DNA of 56,871 nucleotides. Origin: Prorocentrum cordatum (lineage: Eukaryota). The notes under the pieces are model-generated. The model saw only the letters and a program-made list of their open reading frames with translations, was not told the origin of the DNA and did not search any database. Where the stretch lies: positions 62,001 through 118,871 of the forward strand of contig CAUYUJ010000060.1 of assembly GCA_963575745.1 (NCBI GenBank). The letters run 5' to 3'. Both the position numbers and the translations under genes were made by a program. Shown here one piece after another: positions 1-11,681 of the stretch (position 1 is the first letter of the stretch; each line of letters opens with the position of its first letter).

Positions 1-1003
1 GAGGCCCGGTGGTAAAGAAAACCCCTTTGAAGTCTCTGGAACTCCTTCATGGCAGCCTCGAGGGACTCCGCCCGTCCCGTGTCACACCTCAAAGAGTCCA
101 TCATGGCCGAACGGTTCCATGTCAGCTGAGGCGGCTGCGTCGGGGGGTCGCCTCCCCCCTTCCAGAACGGGAGCTCCAGGTGGATGGGAAGCTTGTCCTT
201 GGGAGCGGGGCCTCTGTACGCTTGTAGCTTTGCACCGAATCCCAAGAGCGGCCGAAAACGCGTGACCTTGTTGATGAACCCCCTGGGGTACGCGATGTAG
301 TCAATACGAGCCCCAGAACCACTAGAAGTAGGCGAGAAGAAAGTCGGGATGGGTTTCATGGTGAGGGTATTACCTGCCACCAATTGGTGGGCTTCCAGCA
401 CCTCCCGAAACAGATGTCCTGCGCCTCGGCGCAGTCGTTCTCTGGAAGGGCATCCGACCGCAAGAGAAGACAGTACGTGCCCACCGTCCTGGCCCCACGA
501 TTCTCCTATGCCGTCGCTCAGGTCTGTGAAGACGAACGGTATGCATCTGCACGGCAATGTCGAGAGGACGTCGCCAAGCCAATTCGATAACAATTCTACT
601 ACGCAAAAATACCCACTACGTGCCGCACGAACAGGTTGAGGGGGTAATCTATTGAAATCAAGCACACGTCCACGGTTCCGCTCTTACTGCGCACTGCGAT
701 ACACCACCCTCTCGCCCCAGCAGGGCTGGGCCACACACGTTTGAGATTCGACTCCGTCACCCACGACTGCAATACGACCGAGCACCCACAACTCCGATTC
801 GAGAAAGCCTCCGAGGTGGCGGGCGCCTCCAAGACAAGACGTCCAAGGACTCGACGACGAAGGACCTTCTGTTCCGCCAGCCTGCTAGAGCACTGGGTCC
901 CTGCGAGGAGAATGAAATCGTAGTTGCCCGTCTCGGCCACGATTTCCTCCAACCCTGCCCCCGTCGCTGCTAACGGGTTGAACCCCAGAGTACGCAAGGT
1001 CAT
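1..1003 (-). mobile_element. Degenerate LINE fragment (AP-endonuclease domain), running off the window edge
   Basis: The minus-strand translation from 1003 has EN-like motifs in order: LRTLGFNP (TWN-like), DFILLAGTQ (LQET-like), SCGCSVVL (GVAIL-like), ISIDYP (SxYAP-like). After a frameshift near 620 it reads PFVFTDLSDG (GDFN-like). Confidence 0.55.
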
Positions 1004-1062
1004 TGCTGCAAGACACCAATCGCCCCCTGACGGACGAACAAAAAATTGGACCAGGGGGGCTG

Positions 1063-1416
1063 GAGGAGGAGGAGGAGGAGGAGGAGGAGGAGGAGGAGGA
1101 GGAGGAGGAGGAGGATGAGGAGAAGGGGGAGGGTAGGGGAGAGGAGTGGGAGGAGGATGGGGAGGGGGAGGAGGTGGATGAAGATGAGGGGAGAAGAGTA
1201 GGAGGAGGAGGGAGGAGGAGAGGAGGAGGAGAGGAGGAGGAGGAGAGGAGGAGAGAGGATGAGGAGCAGGAGAGGAGGAGAGAGGAGGAGGGGGAGGGAG
1301 GAGGAGGAGGAGGAGGAGGAGGAGAGGGAGGAGGAGGAGGAGGGGGGAGGGGAAGGGGGAGGAGGGGAAGGAGGTGGAGGAAGGGGAGGAGGTGGAGTTG
1401 CAGGAGAGGAGGAGGG
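1063..1416. repeat. (GGA)n purine microsatellite; representative of many (GGA/CCT)n tracts in the window
   Basis: Seen directly. Similar tracts lie at about 19180, 20360, 21380, 23640, 24120, 27430, 29220, 29660, 30880, 38490, 47550, 52490, 53320, 54560, 55410 and 56760. Confidence 0.95.
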
Positions 1417-1600
1417 CAAGCAGGGTGTTTCTCGGCACGGGTCTCCGCTGTGTGCTGCAGTTTTCTCCTCCGGGCCTCGGTTCTGATCTTCTGCGCGAGG
1501 GCGCGCTCGGCGTGGCCCGAGAGCCTCCTGAGGTTGCCCTCCAGCTCGTCCACGGCGCGGCTCTCCATGTCAGCCTCGTGCTCCATGGAATCGAGGACCT

Positions 1601-1740
1601 TCAAAGGGGCCAAAGGGACACACATAGACATACACACAAACACAAGGATTTTCCATATCTTTCCATATATGTTCTCGGTTTTCGGTTTCCCCCCCGATAT
1701 CCATATTTTCCCAGAGTTTCCGGGGGATCGACAATTAAGC
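1601..1740 (+). repeat. Dispersed repeat end (AAAGGGGCC...GGGACACAC family)
   Basis: Homologous to 2781-2872 (inverted) and 32448-32575 (direct). Shared text includes gggacacac, tacacacaaa and ccatat...ccatatgttct. Confidence 0.7.
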
Positions 1741-2680
1741 GTGTCTGTGTGTGTGTGTGTTCTCCCCTTCTGAACCTTCTCTTTCTATTATTACAATTCT
1801 TTTTCAAAATGAACAGACGTAAACTTTCGCAGGTGGAACAAATAAGACTGAGGCCTTTGGTAATTTTCGGCCTCTGAGGGCCCTCGCCCTGTCCCGGGAC
1901 TGCCAAGAGCAACTCGGGAGGGAAATCAGGTCCAAGGGGAGGGGTCCAGACCCCTGGGGAGCCACGTTCTGAATACCCATCGGTCGGAAGCAGTGGGTAG
2001 AAACACGAAGTAGGAAGGCGTTGGAAGTAGTTTCGGTTGCCGCCCGCCCCCTAAAGATGAAGGGGAAGGGAAAGACGCTCGTTGATTGAAATAGGAAGGC
2101 GCCTAAAGTAGATTGGGATCTGGGAAATGCAATAACACCCACTTTCAACGATCGATGGTTAAACGTGAACTTTCGGATGCGCATGCGGATTTATCAGGCT
2201 GGTCTGTCCCCTGGCGCGCGGAGCCCGCCAAGGGTGACGCTGGAGGAGCCGCCGGAGGCGCCGCCACGCACTGCCAGGGGTAGACAAACGCCGTCGCAAG
2301 AATTCCGCGCTGGCCCGCGGAAGTCTTCGGCGCTTCAGTTTTCGGCGCTTCTCGTTAAGCCAGGCCGCCCAACTTCGAGCACCTTGCCATCGCTCGGACG
2401 TCCATTCCCCGTGCATGCGTCGGTGTCGTGCGCGTCTTTTTTGGGGGGGAAACCGAGAGGGTACGGATACCGCTACTCCCCAGACCTCTCCTTGGATGCG
2501 TTCTGACCAGGACTTCGAGGCGAATCCAGCGGTGGCGACGAGGGCCTCCCAGGTGGCCCCAAAAAGGGGAGAACGGAGGAAGGGCAGAGGCATGGGTGCC
2601 TTTTCCTCCTCTGACTTTTTGCCAGATGATCCAGGGGATGCTCCTCGATGGGCATCGCCAAGACACAAACAAAAACGACC

Positions 2681-2780
2681 NNNNNNNNNNNNNNNNNNNN
2701 NNNNNNNNNNNNNNNNNNNNNNNNNNNNNNNNNNNNNNNNNNNNNNNNNNNNNNNNNNNNNNNNNNNNNNNNNNNNNNNN
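2681..2780. other. Assembly gap (100 N)
   Basis: Run of N. Confidence 1.
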
Positions 2781-3203
2781 GGGGGGAAGACAAACACCCA
2801 GAAAATGTGGGAAAACATGGGGGATATTTTCATTTGTGTGTATTTATTCGTGTGTCCCAGGGCCCCTTTGTAAAGGGAGGTTTGTCCACCGCCGGAAGGA
2901 GCCCGCGGCTGCGCTCGCTCCGGGGCCGACCGCCGATCTGTCTCGGCGACGTGTACCGCCGGTGCCGGCTCGACGGTTCCCTCCCGAGCTGGTCCTCCCC
3001 CCCCCCCCCGCATGCAGTGGGGGCCCATGCCAAGAAGCACCCTGCTTGCCTCCACAGGGTGCCCTGGGTTTCTTGGGTTTCGATGGTTTTGCGACGGAAA
3101 GCGCGCCGCTCCCACACCCAACAGCAGTGGACGCCCTGGGGTCTCAGGCTTGTGTTTTTCTTGTGGAAGGTTTCTTGTGGACGTGTCTCCATTGTAATTA
3201 ACG

Positions 3204-3373
3204 TTAAGCCGGGCGTGTCCCTCTACAGGAGGATCTTGGACGAAAACCAAATGATAGTCAACAAGTAGTCTGGGGACGATGTTTCTATTATTTTTTGGCC
3301 ATGTTTGAGCACTGTTTGGCTATATTGTATTTTTTGTCCAAAATCTGCCTGTAGGGGGACATGCCCGACCTAA
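3204..3373. mobile_element. MITE family A copy (~27-bp TIR TTAAGTCGGGCATGTCCCTCTACAGG)
   Basis: Reads ttaagccgggcgtgtccctctacagg ... cctgtagggggacatgcccgacctaa. The 8-bp flanks aattaacg and ccctaacg partly match. A more damaged copy follows at about 3383-3678, and a solo end lies at 4512-4541. Confidence 0.75.
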
Positions 3374-4045
3374 CCCTAACGTTCAGGTCCCTCTACAGGA
3401 TGGATATTTGACGATTTTTCCATGATCTTTTGACCATTTTGGAACACTGTTTGATTACACATGGTTCATTTCTCATTATTCGGAAGCTCTTTGATTTTTT
3501 TGGGGGCCAAGATCCTTTCATTTCTAATTGCTCTATCCTGGGCCTCTCCCTGGCCACTGGGGGGTCAGGAACAATGAGAAACGAGCGCACTTAGAAATGA
3601 GCACGATTAGAAATGAACGACGTGCATATTTTGTTGTTCGTCCAGAAGCCGCGTGTAAGGGGACATGCCCGGCCTGACCCGAACGTTCCCCTCACGCTGC
3701 AGTCGGCCCAGCTTAGTAGGTCGGCCCTGCCAACTCAGGGGTATACCCTTGTGCCCTGTGCCTCGCGACCCGTGCTTCCCACATTCCTGCGGCAATGTGG
3801 CCCCCGGACGGGTCTTGTGTCCTCTCGCGTGTCCTGTCCAATCGAGTCCGACTGGTAACGCTCCCCGCACGCTCCAGTTTTCGGGGACTCGGGGCAGTCC
3901 TCGGAGCACGCCTCGGGCGGCTCCGACCTCCGGGACCTCCTCCTCCCCGTGCTGCCCCTCGCCGGCCCTGCCCCTGCACCGGCGGCGTGGCTCGGCAGCG
4001 GCTCGGGGGCCCCCCAAACGGGGTGGCGACCACAGCGTGCGGTGA

Positions 4046-4241
4046 TCGGGGAACAGAAAGTGACGTAAGCGTGAAAACTCAGAGGTCCGCGCAGATTTCT
4101 CGGATCGGCGCTGGGGCCCCCCCGGCGGCGCCTCCGTCGCCGCCCCCGCTCCGCGCGCCAGGGAGGGGGGTCCAGCGCCGATCCGAGAAATCCGCGCGGA
4201 CCTCTGAGTTTTTTATGTTTATGTGACTTTTTGTTCCCCTA
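4046..4241. mobile_element. MITE family B copy (~75-bp TIR, 5-bp TSD GGTGA)
   Basis: The left arm tcggggaacagaaagtgac...gaggtccgcgcagatttctcggatcggcgctgg is inverted to ccagcgccgatccgagaaatccgcgcggacctc...gactttttgttccccta. GGTGA occurs at 4041-4045 and 4242-4246. Confidence 0.85.
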
Positions 4242-5261
4242 GGTGAGTCGGTGGGGATGCGGGGTCACCGCGCGGTTTTGGGACTAGGGTCGTTCTCCGA
4301 GGACATCTCGAGCGGCAGGCGCCTCCAGGGTCCAAAGACCGTGCGGTGACGGACTGTGTGGTGAGGTCTCGGGGAATTTCGAGGTCACCGCACGGCCTGT
4401 CACCGCACCGTCTCGGGACTCCAGAGTGGCTCGGGGGGTGCCCGCCCATGCTCTTGGAGCTGCCAGCCGGTGCTCGCCTCTGCCGTCGAAGATGGGAGAT
4501 CGGCATAAACATTGAGTCGGGCATGTTCCTCTACAGGAGGAATATTCATATATATATATTAATTATATATATATATATCATATATGTATCATTGTTAAAA
4601 CGTAATATATATATACATGTATATATATTCCTTTATCCTATAAAATCACATCCGGAAACCCGCCCGGCAAATCCACAGCGGCCGGACCACGCCATCATAG
4701 TACCCCACAAAGGCGCACGAAGAGCCCAAAATGCCTCAAGAGGCCCCCGCTCCCTCTGCCAGACGCCTTCAAGTGGTCTTTTGGACCGGCCCCAAATGCA
4801 TCCAAAACCTTTTACGATGGCCTCATGGTGGCCCAAGACGCCCCCAAACAGCTTCAGAGCCTCCCCAAAACGGTCCCAACAAGGCCCCCGCACGGCCGCA
4901 GAGCCCTCCTAGACGTCCAAGATCGCCTCACAGCACGGCCGCAGAGCCCTCCTAGACGTCCAAGATCGCCGCACAAGCGGCTTCGAAGCGCCTTAAGACA
5001 GCCCCCCAATCCGAACCGAAGTCCTCCCTAAAGATCTCGACGGCGTCAGACGGGCCAGGAGCGCTTAAGCATGGTTCCAGAGGCCCCCAAGAGCCCCCCA
5101 AACGCCCCCAGCGGACCGAGGAGACTCTCAAGATCGCTGCAAGAGGCCCCCAGCACACTGTCAAGAAACCCCAAGCGTGCCAGAAAACTTTCCCAGAGCG
5201 CCATCCTCCTCCTTCTTCTCTTTCCCAACAGTTCCTCCGGGATTTCTTCAACAGCTGGGAG

Positions 5262-5770
5262 AGTCCGCAGCCCCGTCTCAAGGACGACGTTCTGTCAAAG
5301 AGTACACACGGCCACCCCCGTTCCTCTCATGTCTGCTCTGTTCTGTCTAAGCCGCATCGAGTCTAAGCGTGCGCGAGTGTGACTGCGAGCGCCCATCCGT
5401 GGATCTGGCTGCCCTACCCCTTTGTGAACGTTGTCTGGGTGTGGCCACGAACATGTCCAGGCGGGCCACGATGTATCGCGGACGCTTCTACAAAACTCCC
5501 AGCGGGCCCCCAAGGGTAAGATCCAATGCTTTTCCTTAGCTACTCATGTGATTCTCTCATTCTCGTCTTTCGGACTCCAGAGCGTCCCAGACAGACCACG
5601 AGGCCTCTATACGGCCCGACGAGGGCGCAAGAGAGCGCCCCGTCTCCAAGACGCAGCCCCGTCAAGGATTCCACGCGGCCACACATGTGCACACATGTCT
5701 GCATTGTTCTGTCTCAGCCGCATTCAGTCCACGCGTACGTGAGTTTCAATACGAGTGCTTCTGAGTGGAT
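5262..5770 (+). repeat. Diverged direct repeat (~370-bp period) in the Helitron 5' region
   Basis: 5262-5405 resembles 5632-5773 (gccccgtctc...cggccac...catgtctgc.tgttctgtct.agccgcat...gtggatctg). A 38-bp direct repeat also lies at 4890-4970. Confidence 0.75.
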
Positions 5771-5911
5771 CTGTCGCTCTTGGCCTCAGTGATTGTCGTT
5801 CGGAGTGGCGCAGCCCCAGTAGGAGTTACACACAGCGGTCCAGACCCCGTGCTGACACTACTCCACACAACAGCGCAGGTGTCTGCTCCCTACCCCTACC
5901 CACCTCTCTTT

Positions 5912-5932
5912 CAGTACCCATTTAGGCTCAAT
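5912..5932 (+). promoter_or_regulatory. Relict dinoflagellate spliced leader upstream of RepHel
   Basis: cagtacccatttaggctcaat matches DinoSL ccgtagccattttggctcaag at 17/21 and ends 11 nt before the ATG at 5944. Confidence 0.55.
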
Positions 5933-5943
5933 CGTTCAGCGTT

Positions 5944-8311
5944 ATGTTTGCCCGGTTGCCGTGGCGCCACGTGGCTGCGTCCACGGCGGTTGCAAGCGTC
6001 GCTGTGAGTCATAACGACTCCCCGAGCCGCACTCCGCCTGTCATCGCTGCGCGGACCGGGCTTTGGACATTACGCCATGCCCGATTCCTGACGCAACCAT
6101 CCCTGGTTTTGTGCAGCCCGAAGGCCGCAACACTGCAATGTTCTGCGTGCCAACAGCACTTGCCTCGAACAGATTTCAGCGACAACCAAAGACCCAGATC
6201 CACAAGGAAGTGCCACGCTTGCGCCGCCGGCGCTAACCCCTCCGACCCTCACACCACATTCTCTTGCGCTGCTTGCGGTGACGTCCTCCCCCGGGATAGT
6301 TTCAGCACCAGGCAACGCCATGAGAAAACAAAAGTGTGCATCCAATGCATCGGTCGCGCTCATCCTCCTCGGTCGTCTACAGCTTACCAGTGCGCCAGCT
6401 GCAAAGCCACGAAGTCCGTGGATGCGTTCGTTCCTCGAGGCGTCCCTGGACCAGACCCTGTCTGCACTGACTGCACAGCGGGCGGCCGTTACACGGCGGC
6501 TTGCGCAAAATGCGGCCTCGTCCTCCCTCTGGACGACTTTGGCAATCATCAGCGCGAACATCTACTTGGAGTGTGCCGGTCCTGCGCCGAGCCTGGCAGA
6601 CCTTCTACCCAAATACATTCACTTTCCCTGGGCGCTCTCGCCAACCCTTGCGAACATTGCGGGGCACCACGCTTCCAGCGAGAAGTTCGAGGCTTCTGCT
6701 GTGCACAAGGAAAGTACGCCATTGACTTCTCGCAGTACTACCAGCAGCCAGGCGATGCCCTTCTGCAGCTGTACAGACGCACCTGGCCTGTGAAGACTAC
6801 GCACGGGAACCTCGTCCACGACGACGCCACGAATGCGCCCAAGCTTACGGGCTTCACTGCGGATTCTCGCCGCTACAACAGCCTGCTCAGCCTCGCCGCC
6901 CACGAGGTCCAGAGCGCCACACCAGAACGAGAAGTTCGATTCGGGGGCGTCCTCCGACCATCGTTCATCCGCATTCACGGCACCATGTACAGGAAGGTGT
7001 ACTCGGCTGCCGACTCTGGGCCAGTCCGCTACCTCGTGGTCGACGACCGTGAGCGTCGCACGTGCGCCCGAGACCACGGCCTCGACCTCTCCATCGTGTC
7101 CCAACTGGAGAAGCTCATCATACCGCACAATACACACATGCAGCACGTTCAGCACCTCAAATCAGTTTGGCCCCGTGCCTCTGAGGCTTCCGTCAGTCTC
7201 CGGTGGGACGAAGGTGTGCAAGAAGTTGCCGCAGTAGTGCAACAACGCCCCGACGCCATCGCCGAACCCAGGGCAGTGCGCTTCCGTTTGACGCCAGGCG
7301 CTCGCCCACAATACCTCTCGCCCTTGCACTGCCTTTACGAGCCTCTGAGCTACCCGCTGTGGTTCCCCTACGGAGGCCGCGGGTGGAGCACCGACGCCGT
7401 GTCAACTTCGGGCAACCGCGTGACGCAGATGTGGTGGTACCGCCAGCACCTCCTCCGGCAACCCCACATGCACGCGTGCGGGCGTCTGTTGAACGACTGG
7501 CTGATCAACATGTACTGCCGAATGGAGGACGAGAGGCTGTCGTTGGTCCGGAGGGAGCAAAGCACCCGCATTGCCAGCCGAAAGGATTTGTGCGAGGCCT
7601 TGGCCAACGAACATATCCCCCCCAGCGCAATCGGCACCAAGTACTACCTCCCTTCCACTGTCCCCGGCTCTCCACGCCATCTGAAACGACTCCGAGTGGA
7701 CGCATTGGAACTGGCACGCCGCAAGGGACCCCCTACTTACTTCATAACCCTTACCTGCAACCCCCACTGGCCAGAGATCCGAGAGGCACTCTCCCCTGGA
7801 CAAACCGCCGCCGACCGCCCTGACATCGCAGTGCGTGTCTTTCACGGACGTCTGGAAAAGATGATGGGCTACCTGAAGTCAGAGTTTTGCGGCCAACGTC
7901 GGTACGTCATTCGCGTGATCGAGTACCAGAAGCGAGGCCTGCCGCACGCGCACATCGTTCTCGCATGCACCCATCCCCCACCTACAGCCGAAGACGTGGA
8001 CGCCGTGATTTCCTGCGAGGTTCCGCCCGAACCTGGCAAGCTTCGTGACCTGGTCTTGCTCCACATGGTCCACCGCTGCAACCACTCCTGCCACCCTGAC
8101 GACCCAGCGCAGGAATGCGTCAAAGGGTGCCCTTGGCCTTTCAAGGACGACACTGACTTCGACGTTCGAGGGTGCCCCCACCACCGACGCCGCTCCTGCG
8201 GCCACACGTGCCCGAACTGCGTGCAAAACGCTCCTGCGTACGGGCGCCGGAATGTGTGCTGCAACCGGCTCGTCGTCGAGTACTGCCCCCGCATACTCTT
8301 GCTTTGGGAAG
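5944..8311 (+). CDS. Helitron RepHel exon 1: tandem zinc fingers and HUH Rep motifs 1-2
   Basis: Four CxxC-x20-CxxC units start at 6139, 6265, 6391 and 6502. Also present: Helitron-type CEHC...CCAQGK (6649), YEPLSYPLWFPYG, PGSPR, motif 1 YFITLTCNPHWPEI (7738), motif 2 VIEYQKRGLPHAHIVL (HUH at 7945-7953) and HMVH. Confidence 0.93.
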
Positions 8312-8727
8312 GACCGGCGGAACACCTCTCCGCGCAAAGTTCCTCATCCACTTACTCGCGCCCGCGAGCACCTTCCCCGCATTTCCCCACCTCTTTTCCG
8401 CAGACTTCCACTTCTCCCAATTCCTGCCCCCATGGGTCCCCCAATGTATGTTTTCATACATTATCAGCAAAAAACGCATGCCAAAAAAACTGCTTCCGAA
8501 GGGACATTTTTTGACACCCCATTTCCAAGCCCGCGCCTCCGCAAAACGTACGTTTTCGGCAGTCGAGGGACGCCCTGGAAGTCGGATTTGTAGTGCTTCC
8601 CCACCCATGGTTTTCTTCTTCCCTACTCCTTTTGGACCGTACGTTTCCCTAGTCCCTCCCTCTTCTTTTTCCCCCCTTAACCCGTCATGTCCACCTCCTT
8701 CCCGATGCGGAGAGGTGTTCGGCCAAG
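8312..8727 (+). other. 416-nt GA-AG intron with terminal inverted repeats (introner-like)
   Basis: Junctions are GAAG|GACC...CCAAG|GACAC. Removal joins LLLWEG to HANVKF and restores the frame. AAGGAC is repeated at 8309-8314 and 8725-8730. The 18-bp TIR (8316-8333 and 8707-8724) matches at 17/18. Confidence 0.85.
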
Positions 8728-11122
8728 GACACGCGAATGTAAAATTCGCAGGCAACGTGAACCTCTTCGAATACCTGTACAAGTACATCTTCAAAGGCCC
8801 AGACCACACCCAAAACCATATATCTGACGCCACGACAGACGAAATCACAGACTGGCAACGTGGACGGTATTTATGTGCAACAGAGTGTGCCTGGCGTATT
8901 TTCGGATACCAGACCTACGAACGCGCCCCCCACGTCATCTGCCTACCAGTGCACCTCCCCGGCGACGATTGGGTAACCTTTGCTGACGGCGGCGAGGCGG
9001 ACGCGCTCCAGACTACCGTTTCCCCTCTACAACGCTACTTTTTCCGGCCCACCGCTCCGCCTTTCAACGACCTGCTTTGCCACGAATACTTCGAATCCTT
9101 CATGGTCGCCAAGACGTGCCCGATTAGCCTCCGATGTTTCTTCCCGGACCTCTTCCCGGATGCGGCTCAACGACCTCGGGGCCCGGCAACTTTCACATTG
9201 GAGTGCCGGGTTCGTGGAGCCTTGCGCACATTCCACGTGCCGCCCGTCCTCGACGCAGCTCCAGGAGGCAACCAATTCTTTGTCTACTTGAAGCAGAAAG
9301 GCGAACATCCAGTTTGCCGCTTAGAGATGAAGTTTCCCCGCCAGAAAGATGTATTTTTCTTGCGCCACATGTTGCTCAACTACCCCAAGCGCAGTTTCGA
9401 GGAATGCAAGACTCACGCTGGACATAGATACCGATCTTATGAAGAGGCAATGATTGCTACGGGGCTTTTCACCCACGAAGACGAAACCTCTCGAGTAATG
9501 GACGAGCTGGTCTCGCTCCGATACACGGCCTCCCAACTACGGTTCGCTTTCGTCGTCCTCCTCGAGCAGGACGCCAAGCCCCGCACGCTGTACGAGAAGT
9601 ACGAGACACACTTGATGAAAGATTTCCTCGACAGGGGTCTCTCCAAGGACACCGCCCGCCAGGAGCTACAGCGAACGCTCAAAGCATCCTGGCTGGCCCA
9701 AGGCAACACTGAGGAAGCCTGGGTTCTACACTCCCCCGCTCACCCCACCACTGCCCGCGGCGCGCCCGTGCCCGACTTCACCCATTGCACCCCAGCAACA
9801 GCGGCATCAGAAGCCAACAGACTGTGGAACCTGATCAAACGAGACCCGGATCAGTCCGGGGCCGCCAAAGACGTCATCGACGGCGTGCGTTCTGGCGCGT
9901 CCAAGCTCATTTTCTGCCAGGGTCGAGCCGGCTGCGGCAAATCCACCCTCGCCAAGTACATCTCCTACTACGTGCGGTCCCTCGGCAAAAGCTGCGTCAA
10001 CGTGGCTTCAACGGGCATAGCGGCCTTAAACTTGCCAGATGGGGCCACCGCGCACTCGACTTTCAAGATCCCGATAGAAGACGCAGAGCACCTCACCTGC
10101 CGCCTGGGGCACTCCTCCGCGGGCGCCCTCACCATCGCGGCCGCTGCCGTCATTCAGTGGGACGAGTGGCCATCTTGCAAACGCGCTGCCTGGGATGCGG
10201 TCCTCGACTACCTCGCGCTCCTGCAGCAGGCTCGGCCAGACATTTACGTCCCAAAAGTCATCATCACCTACGGGGACTTCCGCCAGATACCGCCTGTTCT
10301 GAAGCACGCGTCTAGACAGGATGTCCGCGCCGCCAGCGTCACAACGTCGGCTTCGTGGCCCTCCTTCCGCACTTGGCAACTCCGCACCACGCACCGACAA
10401 ATCCACGACAGTGACTACGCTTCATGGATCGAACGCATCGGCCAGGGCGAGGTTCCGCACACGCACACCATTGATGGCGAACCCGGCTATATCGAGCTCG
10501 ACCGCTGCTCCGTGACCCACACCATGGACGACGCCATCACTCATTGCTTCCCACACATAAACGACCCCGCCGAGTGCGCCGATCGGAAGATTCTGACAGC
10601 AACGATTGAGGCGAGAAACACCTTTAACGACCGTATCCTGGATACTCTGACGCGCACTTATCTGCTGCACGAGTTCATCGCCAAAAGCTCGGACGCCATT
10701 GAATACGACTCCAACAACGACACCGTCGAAGATCACATCACCGCCGAGTTCCTCAACCTGCAGGACGAGAACGGAGTCCCCCCACACGCTCTCCGGCTCG
10801 TTGTTGGCGGCCTCTACGAGCTGATGAGAAACTTCAGTCCGTGTGATCGCTTGATGAACCACACGCACGTCGTGCTCAAATCGGTCTACGAGAAACACGT
10901 CCTCGTGGAGCGGCTCGATGGGGAGCAGTTTCCCTTGCCCAGATCTGCTTCCGCTGGGCACTGGGGCGGGGGGCCACCACCATCCGCCGACGACAGTACC
11001 CTGTGCGTCCAGCGTACGCTTCGACGTTCAACGGCTCGCAAGGCACCACGCTGGCCCGCTGCGTGGTCGACGTCCGCAGAAGCCCGTTTTCCCACGGCCA
11101 TCTCTACGTAGCTTTTTTTTTT

Positions 11123-11153
<31 letters not shown>

Positions 11154-11426
11154 GTGTTTTTTTTTTTTTTTTTTTGTTCTCTTTTTTTTTTTTTTTTGTT
11201 TTTTTTTATTTTTTTTTTTTGGAGCCGGGAGGTGGAGACTCGAACGACCATCCGCATCTTCACACTGCCGGAACGCTGCAGCACTGCTGGCAAAGCCCTC
11301 ACCAAAAACGTGGTGTGGCCTGAGTTCTTGCTCAACGATTCTGCCCCATCGGTTGCCCGGAAACGACCGGCGGCGAGTTCCCGCGACCAGCCTGTTAGCA
11401 GCAAGCGCGGGGCCCGACGCCGCTAG
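8728..11426 (+). CDS. Helitron RepHel exon 2: Rep motif 3 and Pif1-like SF1B helicase; frameshift near 10942 and T-tract at 11113-11220
   Basis: Motifs: YLYKYIFKG (8772), GRYLCATECAWRIFG, Walker A GRAGCGKST (9921), VASTGIAA...GATAHSTFKIP, WDE, GDFRQIPPV, PPHALRL. After a 1-nt frameshift it reads RRRQYPVRPAYASTFNGSQG...FSHGHLYVA. After the T-tract it reads SR...TKNVVWPEFL to the stop at 11424-11426. Confidence 0.9.
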
Positions 11427-11681
11427 GATGCCTTCTTCCTCCCTTGCCTTCGCGTGGGCGCAAAAACAGACCATCGCCGTTCCTCCGTCGTCGCCCTCCC
11501 TCCTCTCTCCCCCCGCGTGCCGCCGCCCCGCCAGCCCTGTCGGCCCGCCAGCTTGCGGGGCCATTTCAATTCTCTCGTTGCCGCCACGCAGTGAGCATTT
11601 CGGCTGCCAGGCTCCGCCGAGCGTTCGTCTTTTCCTACACTTCTCGCACGTTGGGCCCCCTTCCCTCCCACCTGCGCCGCG

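Noticed and set aside
8172..8727. N-terminal part of ORF 8172-11111 and C-terminal tail of ORF 5944-8514 as two separate genes
   Set aside because: Both are read-through into the intron or an off-frame overlap. Splicing gives one RepHel.
11113..11231. T-tract as an intron polypyrimidine tract
   Set aside because: No donor/acceptor pair I could find restores LYVALSR.
11590..11612. Possible SL relic before the 282-aa ORF (gagcatttcggctgccag)
   Set aside because: The match is too weak to distinguish from chance.
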